Shown here one piece after another: positions 18,101 through 25,963 of a DNA stretch of 55,509 nucleotides (positions within the stretch are counted from its first letter, which is position 1; each line of letters starts with the position of its first letter). Where the stretch lies: positions 1 through 55,509 of the IMG/VR virus record IMGVR_UViG_3300032323_000841; one strand, written 5' to 3'. The notes below the pieces were generated by a model that saw only the letters and a list, made by a program, of their open reading frames with translations, did no database searches and was not told the DNA's origin. The translations under genes and the position numbers were made by a program. The DNA is from a virus. Taxonomy: Duplodnaviria; Caudoviricetes.

Positions 18101-21100
18101 TGGCGACTTCGATGGCGGCACCAAGCCTCCCCCGGGCATGATGGCTGCGCTATTTAAACGCATCAAGGACTTCTTTGCTGCGCTCAAGCGTGCCCTGACC
18201 GGCGCTGGATATGAGTCTGCTGAAGACATCTTTGGCAAGATCGAAGAAGGCAAGCTTGCCAAGAAGATCGAGAAGGTGGATGACGCTGCTGAGAAGCTTA
18301 GTCTTGGCAAGCCTTCCGAGGCTAATGCATGGCAGGCTGACGAAGCCACCATCAAGCAAGCAGACAAGTTTGAAGAAGAGACTGGCATCCGCCCGTACGT
18401 GTCGGAAGGCTTCTTTGATCTACCTACCGAAGCTCCCAAATACTCGCTTCAGAAGTTCAATCCTGAGAAGCACCTAAAGTTTGACCCGACGCTGGGCGTT
18501 CCTATCAACAAGGACGGCACCGTCACGGTCTACTACCACACGACCAAGCAGAACTCTCTGAACATCGGTCGCAACAAGGTGATCCCGTCCGAGGGTCGTA
18601 ACCGCGTTTACCTGACCAACGAGTCTGGCGGTGATGCCATCCTGCGCAATCGGGGAAGCTTTGACCAAGATCTGGACGGCAGCACGGTGCTGGTCTATGT
18701 AACCCCCGACATGCTCCAGCTTGACGCTGAGTACGAGAACGGTCGCCGGGACTTCTTCATCCCCCTCGCGCAGGGTGACTTCTTCAACAAGAAGATGAAG
18801 ATGCAGTCGATCCAGAAGGGTCGGCAAGAGGCCATCACGGGTGAGTTCTCCTACGACGACCACGAGAAGCGCATCACCAAGGCTGTCCAAGCCTACAAGG
18901 ATGCCACCCCGGCAGAGCGTAAGAAGCTAGTTGCCAATGCCCGCAAGCTCCTGAAGAAGGAGCACAACGTGGGTAACCTGCTGTCTGAGAACGGCAAGCT
19001 GGAGAAGACCCGGGTTGGCGAGTATGGACTGGACTATGAAGGCAACAGCGTTGCCTCTCAGGGTCTGGGTCTTGCTGCGGCGCAAAAGATTTCGGAGAAG
19101 GTCTCCACCTGCCCCCGCTCGGCTATCTGCGAGGGGTTGTGCTTGGGTGAGACCTCTGGCGGCAACTTCATGTTCGGCGGCACGGCCTCTGAGGATGTGG
19201 ATGACATCGCCAAGAGCGCCTTCCGCGCTGGCCCGCGCATGATGCAGTACCTCAAGACCGAGGCGCTGGTCATCAATCCCGAGGCCTTTGCTACTGTCCT
19301 TCAGGCTGAGATTGATTCCCTGAAGAAATGGTCTGCTGCTCCGACGCAGACTAAGATCAACAAGGAAAACAAGAAGCGTGAGCAGGTTGCCAAGGAGATC
19401 TACCAACCAGCCGTGAGGTTGAACGTCACCTCTGACTTCAAGCCTGAGATGTTCCGGGCTGTCATTGAAGGCAACCCGGACGTTCAGTTCTACGACTACA
19501 CCAAGTTGGGTAGCGATTCGATTGGCCCCAACCACCATCTGACCTATAGCTCCACTGGCTTTGGTCAAGTGATTAACGGGGAAGCCGTCTTCTTCAAGAA
19601 CAAGGCCGGCCAGTACGACCACAACTGGGCAACCATGCGTGGACGTTTAAATGATGGTCAGAACGTCGCTATGGCGTTCTCGTCCAAGTCTGCCCTGCCT
19701 GATTTCTTGGTAGATGAAGAGACCGGGGTGCAGTACCGTGTCTGGGACGGCGATGACTACGATGCCCGCTTCCTTGATCCCAAGCAGCCTGACGGGCGCG
19801 GCATGATCATTGGCCTGCGTAACAAGGCGGGCAACCTGAGCGAGAAGAACGCCACCCAGAAGACTGGCGGCTTCTTCGTTAAGTACGACCCCAAGACGGA
19901 CGGCGACACGGTTGTTGTCCCAACCCAAGCGCAGTTTAAAGGCGCTGGCCGCAAGGTCATCCCTCTAGCAAAGGCTGAGAAACTGAGCCTTCGCACCTAC
20001 TTCCCTACCGCAGAGGAAGCAGAGAAGGCCGCCTACGCTAAGGCTCCGCCTGAGACCAAGGAATTTAAACTGTTCCAAGGTGCGAGCCAGCTTGTGGAAG
20101 AAGGCCGTGCCATCCCGATGTTCCATGGCTCGCCTGACATCTTCACGCAGTTCCGTGAGAACAAGCCTATTTTTGTCAGTCCCAGCGCTGCCGAGGCTGA
20201 ATACTTTGGCAAGCGACTGCGCACGCCGGACAGCATGGATGTACAGGTATATCCATTGTGGGTACGTGCAGAGACCCCGTTTGACTACGAGAACCCTGAC
20301 CATGTCCGCCAAGTTATGGACAAGATGGCGCAGGACGATACGCTGCAAGGCAAGCAACCTGCCTTCTTCAATCGTGGTCACTGGGAAAACATTGAAGACC
20401 GAAAGGTACAGGCTGCTATCAAGGCGCTAGGCTTTGACTCCTTCTATGTCCAAGAAGGAAAGAGCAAGAACCTCGCCGTCTACGATGCCAGCCAAGTCAA
20501 GTCAATCACCGGCAACATCGGTGATTTTGGCGCGAACAAGGACATCCGGTTTAGCCTTGCTCGCTTCACTCCCGAGCGCATCGACAAACTGATCAATGAA
20601 TTTGGGTATACCGACGGTCGTACCTATGCAATGGTTGGGCGTGTAAATCCGCAAGAGTTTGTTTACGCGACCATCCCAAGCCCTTCTGATTACGAAACAA
20701 TCAGGAAAGAAGCCGGCAAGCTGGACATCGAGAAGCTTCGCGCCGAGTCTCAGACTCCGTTCATTTACTGGGACATCGAGAAAAACGCCATCGTCGGACA
20801 TGAAGGCCGTCACCGCATGGCTGCCATGGCTGATGCTGGTGTAAATGATGCTGCTGTCGTTGTCGTTATCCGTGACCGTTACGGCAGCAAGAAGCCGGGC
20901 GTTTACAAGCCGATTGACTTTGAATACATCACCGGGCAGTCATTCTCTGGCGGCAAAGGCAAAGGCTTGCGTGTGACCGACATGATTCCTGCCGTGTATA
21001 CGCAGGAAAAAGCGCTCAAAGAAAACTTCACCGGCGATGCTCAGGTGAAGTTCAGCCTGCCCACCGTTGATCCCCGGATCAATGAGCGGGTGGATATGAT

Positions 21101-23594
21101 CACGACCACCCGGGAACAGAAAGGCTTTGCACAGCGCATCACCGAAGCCATCTCTCCCAAGACCTTCTCCACCCTGCGCCAGAAGTTCCTCAACCGCTAC
21201 GAGCAACTAGGTCGCTATGACAAGCTGCTGGCCGAGAGGATGGGCGGGGCAGCGTTGTTGGCCGATCAGAGCGCAGAATCTGCCGCACTGATGTCTGACC
21301 TTGCGTCTGGCGTGAGCGCTTCAGCCATGGGCTTTGGCGACCGTCATGGGGGAATTCCCGTTTACAGGGGGGGAACTACCATCATCAATCGTGATGTCAA
21401 AGGATTGGTGGCGTCCCTCGCTCCTCTTGCCAAGTACGGCAACCCCAAGGTCTATCAGTACTACCAGTTCTGGGCCGGTGCCAAGCGTGCCAGACGCCTG
21501 CGTGCGGAAGGCCGTGAGCGCGTTTACACCGATGATGACTTCGCCTACGCCGACATTCTGGAGCGTCAGTTCCCGGAGTTCGTGGGCGTACAGAAAGACC
21601 TGATCGCCTTCAACGATGGCATCGTGAAGTACTTGGTTGATACTCAAGTTCTAAGCAAAGAGCAGGGCGAGAGCTACACCCAGTACGCTGACTACATCCC
21701 CTTCTATCGCCAGATGGATGGGGAGACGACCTCTGGCCCGAACATCTTCACTGCGATCTCTGGTGTCCGCCCGCCCAAGAAACTCAAGGGTGGCGAGGCT
21801 CCCTTGGCCGACTTCTTGGAGACGCTGGTGCGCAACACCCAGTCTTCCATTGAAGCTGGCATGAAGAACGCCGCAGCCAACCGCGCCATCTCTGTGGTCA
21901 AACGGGTCGGTGATGCCCCGGGTGTTGGCATAGAACGGCTCGATACCCAAGAGTCTGGCCCGAACATCATCAACGTGCTGGAGAACGGCAAGCGCGTCTC
22001 CTACCGCACGCCTGATACCCTCTTGGTTGAAGCTGTGGGTAGCCTGAACATGTCCGAGCTGCCCTTCATGGGGTTGATCTCCGGGCCGTCCAACCTGCTG
22101 CGTAACTTGGTGACCAAGGACCCGGGCTTCATGATGGCTAACTTGCTGCGTGATTCCCTGTCTGCGTATGTGACCTCCGGGCAGAGCATGACCCCGATTG
22201 CCGGGACCATGACCAACTTTGCCAAGGCTCTGGCCCGCAAGTCCCCCGGCTACGAAGCTCTGCTGGACGCCGGTGTCATCGGTGGCTATGAACTGAGCCA
22301 GAACGTGGAGCGCAGTGGCGAGGCTCTGGCCCGTGATCTGGACAAGAAGGCTGGAAGAAAAGACCCCATCCTGATGCGTCCGTTTACATCGCTGTGGAGT
22401 GCCCTTGAGACGGGAACCACTGCGTCGGATGCAGCCACCCGCTCGCTTGTCTATGAGCGTGTCATGGCTGAGACGGGCAACGAGGCAGAAGCTCTGTACC
22501 GTGCGGTGGAGGTGATGAACTTCAACCGCAAGGGTAACTCTCCCCTGATCCGTGTACTGACCGCCGCAGTGCCCTTCTTCAATGCCCGCTTGCAGGGTCT
22601 GGATCTGTTCTACAGGGCCTCGACCGGCAACATGCGGACCAATGATGCCAAGGCCATCCAGCGCAACTTCTGGATTCGTGGCTTGACTATGGGCGGCCTG
22701 TCTATCATGTACTACATGATGGTCGCAAACGACGAGGAGTACAAGAAGCAGGAGCAGGAAACCAAGGACGGGAACTGGCTTATCCCCAGCCTCGGAATCC
22801 GCATCCCCATCCCGTTTGAAGTGGGTGTGCTGTTTAAAACGTTGCCAGAGCGGATCACCGCCCTGTACTTGGGCAATGACACCGGCAAGGACTTCATGGA
22901 GTCCGCTAGACGCAACTTTTTCAACACGTTCGCGTTTAACCCGATCCCACAGACGGTCAAGCCTATCGTTGAAGCCACGACCAACTTCAACTTTTTCACG
23001 ATGCGTCCCATCGTGGGACAAGGGATGGAGGACGTTGCGTCTCAGTTCCAAGTTGGCCCGGGCACGTCTAAGGTTGCAGAGATCATGGGCAAGCAGCTAG
23101 GCATCTCTCCCATGAAGATTGACCACATGCTCAAGGGTTACACCGGAACCTTGGGTATTTACATGGTCGATACCACGGATCTGATCATGGAGCAGTTTGG
23201 CACTGGAACTAAGGCTAACAAGCGCTTTGAACAGATGCCCGTGATCAAGCGGTTCACGGTTGACCCGGAAGCCCGTGGCAACATCACCGCCTACTACGAG
23301 CTGAAGGATTCAGTAGATACGTTTACACGCACATCCAACCTGCTTGAGAAGACCTCCAAGCCGGAAGAATTCTTGGCTTACGTCAAGAAGAACGCCGGTG
23401 TCTTCGCGGTCAAGGACTACGTCCTAGACCTAGAGAAGGAGATGAAGGAGCTGCGGGAGATGCGCCGCATGGTGACTTCGTCCGACATGGACGGGGAAGA
23501 GAAGAAGAACCTTCTCATTACACTTGGCCGGGCGGAGAACAACTTGACCGCCAACATTCAGACGGTAAAGAAGGTCATCGCTTCAGCAAAATGA
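15126..23594 (+). CDS. Large polyvalent virion protein (zincin-like, ART-like, GP88-like, ParB-like, LPD38-like domains)
   Basis: 2822 aa; HEALH..EEAIA; YYHTT..VYLT; CPRSAICEGLC..RLNVTSD..FYDYTK; MFHGS..QVKSITGN; GHEGRHR; RIPIPFEVG. Confidence 0.75.
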   Translation: MTVQAQLADGRILEFPDGTDPKVIQATVKRVIASSEAAPEEGILASGIGGFKRFGAGLETALGSVIDPEIAARRGLQRQQEISAQYAPGASLEKVKQAYEQSGLLSAAGEAISQVPAALAEQFPNIAATLAAGKAGAMAGTAVAPGVGTIVGGLTGAAIPSLLQLYGSNLVRQQEETPGDLSRLSALGAAVPGTALEVAATAIPLGRTFIGKILGPEAEKMLARGTSASLEKAAKEGVAASLARGAGVGVLAEIPTEVTQQMLERLQAGLPLTTPDALSEYGEAAYGAGLVGAPFGAGARAAGRSSAQAQYAALKQKEDEAAFEQEKAAALARRQEELAAQQEQLNRNRENLGLPETPVLALPAPAAVAEPEKEVDLQNPVGNITREELSPEVLKYVDQYRKDMGMPRLKSFSVEDIRDAMTNVNPQGEQAALDSILAFKTGFKGEETFSAEDVINAAVEKNIATETKGFGDFLERTTGNRDITKLSQPQLYAAFKSLKDLPAVAPGEQVVLPEGSNASRFTQKQYNNALKYVGVSFQEMGNQPLAREVISQDVMDAAGLESQRAAEMLLDTALKNGDLSESRQQVFRTIDPKTGEIKFTYFDRAKAEAAAKKQKLDVQEQTLVSIAPKEAPKPSPRAPLPGGFDIAEQDFVEGERPAGFAITPEGQMKPLVTILEEQDVPAKIERLQGLRRKEADKLLQDVSKHEQTVKKGRAALESMEARGETDTDGYKKAQAQQARAEDILGRRIESLLNRIEEYGVPLQAKPVGKRQVTRKGFTVTKEGKTVGTFPTRAEAEQSILANLSDKELQDIVDSGKQGAFLDRAQKELEGRKTPGIKVKKSPKSEEQIKQEQEKAKKEAERDERVQKLEELLVPLLSKFGLKDVALKIVDQIEHGAGGKYSSLQKLIQISLEADKPVQTMRHEALHALKNLGFFTPQQWKALEQQAKKTWVDKYLKGQMTELDGKVMTRFDAYKKLGYSEADLLEEAIADAFGDFDGGTKPPPGMMAALFKRIKDFFAALKRALTGAGYESAEDIFGKIEEGKLAKKIEKVDDAAEKLSLGKPSEANAWQADEATIKQADKFEEETGIRPYVSEGFFDLPTEAPKYSLQKFNPEKHLKFDPTLGVPINKDGTVTVYYHTTKQNSLNIGRNKVIPSEGRNRVYLTNESGGDAILRNRGSFDQDLDGSTVLVYVTPDMLQLDAEYENGRRDFFIPLAQGDFFNKKMKMQSIQKGRQEAITGEFSYDDHEKRITKAVQAYKDATPAERKKLVANARKLLKKEHNVGNLLSENGKLEKTRVGEYGLDYEGNSVASQGLGLAAAQKISEKVSTCPRSAICEGLCLGETSGGNFMFGGTASEDVDDIAKSAFRAGPRMMQYLKTEALVINPEAFATVLQAEIDSLKKWSAAPTQTKINKENKKREQVAKEIYQPAVRLNVTSDFKPEMFRAVIEGNPDVQFYDYTKLGSDSIGPNHHLTYSSTGFGQVINGEAVFFKNKAGQYDHNWATMRGRLNDGQNVAMAFSSKSALPDFLVDEETGVQYRVWDGDDYDARFLDPKQPDGRGMIIGLRNKAGNLSEKNATQKTGGFFVKYDPKTDGDTVVVPTQAQFKGAGRKVIPLAKAEKLSLRTYFPTAEEAEKAAYAKAPPETKEFKLFQGASQLVEEGRAIPMFHGSPDIFTQFRENKPIFVSPSAAEAEYFGKRLRTPDSMDVQVYPLWVRAETPFDYENPDHVRQVMDKMAQDDTLQGKQPAFFNRGHWENIEDRKVQAAIKALGFDSFYVQEGKSKNLAVYDASQVKSITGNIGDFGANKDIRFSLARFTPERIDKLINEFGYTDGRTYAMVGRVNPQEFVYATIPSPSDYETIRKEAGKLDIEKLRAESQTPFIYWDIEKNAIVGHEGRHRMAAMADAGVNDAAVVVVIRDRYGSKKPGVYKPIDFEYITGQSFSGGKGKGLRVTDMIPAVYTQEKALKENFTGDAQVKFSLPTVDPRINERVDMITTTREQKGFAQRITEAISPKTFSTLRQKFLNRYEQLGRYDKLLAERMGGAALLADQSAESAALMSDLASGVSASAMGFGDRHGGIPVYRGGTTIINRDVKGLVASLAPLAKYGNPKVYQYYQFWAGAKRARRLRAEGRERVYTDDDFAYADILERQFPEFVGVQKDLIAFNDGIVKYLVDTQVLSKEQGESYTQYADYIPFYRQMDGETTSGPNIFTAISGVRPPKKLKGGEAPLADFLETLVRNTQSSIEAGMKNAAANRAISVVKRVGDAPGVGIERLDTQESGPNIINVLENGKRVSYRTPDTLLVEAVGSLNMSELPFMGLISGPSNLLRNLVTKDPGFMMANLLRDSLSAYVTSGQSMTPIAGTMTNFAKALARKSPGYEALLDAGVIGGYELSQNVERSGEALARDLDKKAGRKDPILMRPFTSLWSALETGTTASDAATRSLVYERVMAETGNEAEALYRAVEVMNFNRKGNSPLIRVLTAAVPFFNARLQGLDLFYRASTGNMRTNDAKAIQRNFWIRGLTMGGLSIMYYMMVANDEEYKKQEQETKDGNWLIPSLGIRIPIPFEVGVLFKTLPERITALYLGNDTGKDFMESARRNFFNTFAFNPIPQTVKPIVEATTNFNFFTMRPIVGQGMEDVASQFQVGPGTSKVAEIMGKQLGISPMKIDHMLKGYTGTLGIYMVDTTDLIMEQFGTGTKANKRFEQMPVIKRFTVDPEARGNITAYYELKDSVDTFTRTSNLLEKTSKPEEFLAYVKKNAGVFAVKDYVLDLEKEMKELREMRRMVTSSDMDGEEKKNLLITLGRAENNLTANIQTVKKVIASAK

Positions 23595-23868
23595 GGTCGT
23601 TATCGAAGAGCCAGCCAATGGTTCTTCGGTGCGCCTCATCCCATATCTCCCGCTTCTGGTTCTTATCCCAGAGGAAGCCCTGATCGATCTGGAAGTGGCA
23701 GGTGTGGCATAGGGCTGCAATCCTGTAGTCGTGGGCCTTGATGCCCTTGCCCTTGCCGTCCCTGATCTGGTTTGAATGGGCGGCTACCACCGTCCCATCC
23801 TGCGCCCCGCAGTGCTGGCAGGGGCACTCCCTGACCGCCTCCAGCAGGGCTTTGTTGCGGTAGTTCAT
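23575..23868 (-). CDS. DUF1364/YbcO-like Zn-binding nuclease
   Basis: CQHC..VVAAHSN..GKGIK..LCHTCH. Confidence 0.75.
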   Translation of the reverse strand: MNYRNKALLEAVRECPCQHCGAQDGTVVAAHSNQIRDGKGKGIKAHDYRIAALCHTCHFQIDQGFLWDKNQKREIWDEAHRRTIGWLFDNDLILLKR

Positions 23869-24107
23869 TTAGAAGGCACAGCCCGGGAGAACGCAGAAAA
23901 CTCCCGCAGGTTTATACGGCTGATAGTTTGAGTCAGACCTCCTAGGTTGCTGATGTCTCTGCCATTTAAACGCTCACGCTCCACGACCATGGTCTGGCTA
24001 GCGGATGACATGGCGGATTTAGCAAATGACTTGTCCAAAGAAAACATAGATGGGGTCTTGTTCTCGCGCCAGCGGAAGGGATTGTTCGGGTGGCAATTGC
24101 ATTTCAT
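23865..24107 (-). CDS. Hypothetical protein
   Basis: 80 aa; 4-bp overlaps with both neighbours. Confidence 0.6.
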   Translation of the reverse strand: MKCNCHPNNPFRWRENKTPSMFSLDKSFAKSAMSSASQTMVVERERLNGRDISNLGGLTQTISRINLREFSAFSRAVPSK

Positions 24108-24304
24108 GATGGCTTTCTTTCTCCAGATTCAAAGGCTTCTCTGTTGTCAGCGCTATTGTGCACCGCAACAAGTTCTTCATAGTCAAGCTCAGGGGTGCAC
24201 CAGCAGTCTCCCCTAAGCTCATGTTTGTATGTGTCGTTTAAAGGTATGACGTGGGTAACCTGACAGCCCTCGTGAGACTCTCCGACAATGGTTGCCCACA
24301 TCAT
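24104..24304 (-). CDS. Small His/Cys protein
   Basis: HVIPLND..H..CWCTP..VHNSADNRE; translationally coupled. Confidence 0.65.
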   Translation of the reverse strand: MMWATIVGESHEGCQVTHVIPLNDTYKHELRGDCWCTPELDYEELVAVHNSADNREAFESGERKPS

Positions 24305-24546
24305 TTTTTTCTCCGGCTATCGGGTCTAGGGCAGTGAGGTGGCGGGACAACCACGCACCACACGGCAGCTAGACGCTTGCCAGTCTTGAGCCAGCGGTCT
24401 ATATAGGCGTCGGGCATGTTATGCACGATTCGGCTGATGTGTGACCTGTCTGTACCCGCCAACTCTGAAATTTGTGTCACTGTCAGTCCATCCGCCGAGG
24501 CCCGCAGAACTTCCCGCACCTTGTTGATGCGAATGTTACTGCCCAT
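24301..24546 (-). CDS. Small HTH-like protein
   Basis: DGLTVTQISELAG..ISRIV; MPDAYIDRW. Confidence 0.65.
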   Translation of the reverse strand: MGSNIRINKVREVLRASADGLTVTQISELAGTDRSHISRIVHNMPDAYIDRWLKTGKRLAAVWCVVVPPPHCPRPDSRRKK

Positions 24547-24715
24547 AGCTCACCGCGAACCAGACCACAGCCCACGCTGCTGCAACCACGGCCCAGAACT
24601 TGATGTTCGTCCACAGTTCGTCTTTAGTTTCCACCATAAGCATCACAAAAGGAATCGTCACCAATAGCAGGACGGCGGTGGCCAGCAGGAAGATGATGAT
24701 CGGTAGTAGGGTCAT
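24536..24715 (-). CDS. Small two-TM membrane protein
   Basis: GAGGAG RBS before ATG 24715; two hydrophobic segments. Confidence 0.6.
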   Translation of the reverse strand: MTLLPIIIFLLATAVLLLVTIPFVMLMVETKDELWTNIKFWAVVAAAWAVVWFAVSYGQ

Positions 24716-24873
24716 GTGTTCTCCTCTTTCAGTTCTTCCATACACTCAGCCCAGCCCAGCAGCATGTACCACGAATACTCACTGTTTGGGCTGCGCTCAA
24801 AACTGAAATGGGCCATCGCCAGATAGTTTTCTGCTGCGGCCCACCAGCGGCTGCGTTCGTAGTCAGGATGCAT
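24712..24873 (-). CDS. Hypothetical protein (53 aa)
   Basis: MHPDYERSRWW...; GAGGAG upstream; ATGA-coupled to next gene. Confidence 0.5.
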   Translation of the reverse strand: MHPDYERSRWWAAAENYLAMAHFSFERSPNSEYSWYMLLGWAECMEELKEENT

Positions 24874-25084
24874 CTTTCTCTCCTCTTGCTCGGATGGCGG
24901 CGAGGATGCCCGCCCCAAAGTCGGCCCCCGTAGATGTCTCCCACCAGCCATCAGGGGATTCAGTTTCGGTTTGGTCGATGCCCTTGAGCAGCGCAATCAA
25001 CGCCTCGCGCTCGGCCAAAACCGCGGCCTTGACAGCGGCTTCCAGTTCGGATCGGTACACCTGCGTGTCGTCGTCGTCAGTCAT
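24863..25084 (-). CDS. Hypothetical protein
   Basis: GGAGG RBS; AEREA...AAIRARG ending common in small phage ORFs. Confidence 0.6.
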   Translation of the reverse strand: MTDDDDTQVYRSELEAAVKAAVLAEREALIALLKGIDQTETESPDGWWETSTGADFGAGILAAIRARGEKDAS

Positions 25085-25120
25085 GCGCGCCTCCAAGCGA
25101 TCCCCTGTTTGCGTCGATTC

Positions 25121-25573
25121 TCATGCCCTCTTCTCCTGCTGCACAACCCGTGGGGCAACGCGGGCTTCAACATCAAGGATGGCATCTGCCAAGTCTTGGT
25201 CCATCAGGTGCAGCTTCTGCGTCCAGCGGACAATCGTTAGCTGGATATCACGGATTAACTCAGCCTTGAGAGCTGCGTCACTGACCACGTCCGAGGTTAG
25301 TCGGTAGCCCCCGCCCGCCTCACGATCCGTTGGCAGGCTCACAAACGCCCGGATCTGCGTTGGTTGGGTCTCAATCAACGTGATCTTGCACCGGGCTATT
25401 AGTGCCCGGGCCTGCTGCTTACGGTACTGCACCGCAGCTTCAGTGTCATCCCATTCAAAGTACTTGTGCAGGATGCTGCCCTCGTCCTGTGCCTCTTGCA
25501 GCACATCCTCGACCTTGAGCACACCGCCATTTTGACGGGCCATCTTTGTCAATAACTTGCGTTCTTGTTCCAT
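25121..25573 (-). CDS. LHxxFEWDD protein, downstream partner of the RAMP/array locus
   Basis: 150 aa; GGAGA RBS directly after the last array unit; LHKYFEWDDTEAA..YR..QARALI..IRAFVSL. Confidence 0.75.
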   Translation of the reverse strand: MEQERKLLTKMARQNGGVLKVEDVLQEAQDEGSILHKYFEWDDTEAAVQYRKQQARALIARCKITLIETQPTQIRAFVSLPTDREAGGGYRLTSDVVSDAALKAELIRDIQLTIVRWTQKLHLMDQDLADAILDVEARVAPRVVQQEKRA

Positions 25574-25595
25574 GTTCTATCTCCATTTAAATGTT

Positions 25596-25959
25596 GCCTG
25601 CCTAGCCATGCCGAGCCTAAACCAGCCCGTCCAATACGATCCGTGCCTGCCTTGCCTCATCATGCCGCGCTTTACCATGCCCTGACGCGCCAGACCTGCC
25701 AGTCCTTGCCATACCACGCCTAACTCGGACTCTCCTAGCCTGCCTTGCCATAACTAGCCTATCTATGCCCGGCCGTGCCGTACCCTGCCTGCCTTGCCTG
25801 TCCTGATCCAACCGAGCCATGCCAGAACCTGCCTTGCCTGCCGTGCCTGAACAATCCCAACCACGCCACGCCCTGCTACGCCTTGCCTGCCGTGCGTTGC
25901 CAAACCAAACGGTGCCAAACCCAGCCCAAACCCGCCGCGCCGTGCCCCGCCTAGCCTGC
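25596..25959 (-). repeat. NN-GGY pentamer array of seven units; candidate guide-RNA array
   Basis: Hand-parsed: 66 in-phase pentamers (44 end exactly in GGC/GGT) in blocks of 13,9,9,9,8,9,9, each closed by AGGC (once AGGT); first two bases variable. Confidence 0.9.
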
Positions 25960-25963
25960 GGTG

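Noticed and set aside
25617-25820. 67-aa ORF (MARLDQDRQG...) inside the pentamer array
   Set aside because: The Arg/Gly/Ala-rich translation is a by-product of GGC repeats; 5-nt periodicity conflicts with codon structure and there is no clear RBS
25596-25959. Array read as a canonical CRISPR or a simple microsatellite
   Set aside because: No constant 23-50 bp repeat with unique spacers and no cas1/cas2; unlike a microsatellite, variation concentrates in two positions and units have regular length
25596-25959. Self-targets of array units within this window
   Set aside because: Spot checks of a few intergenic regions with a one-base gap gave at most 3-4 matching dinucleotides; not significant and not exhaustive, so no target is claimed
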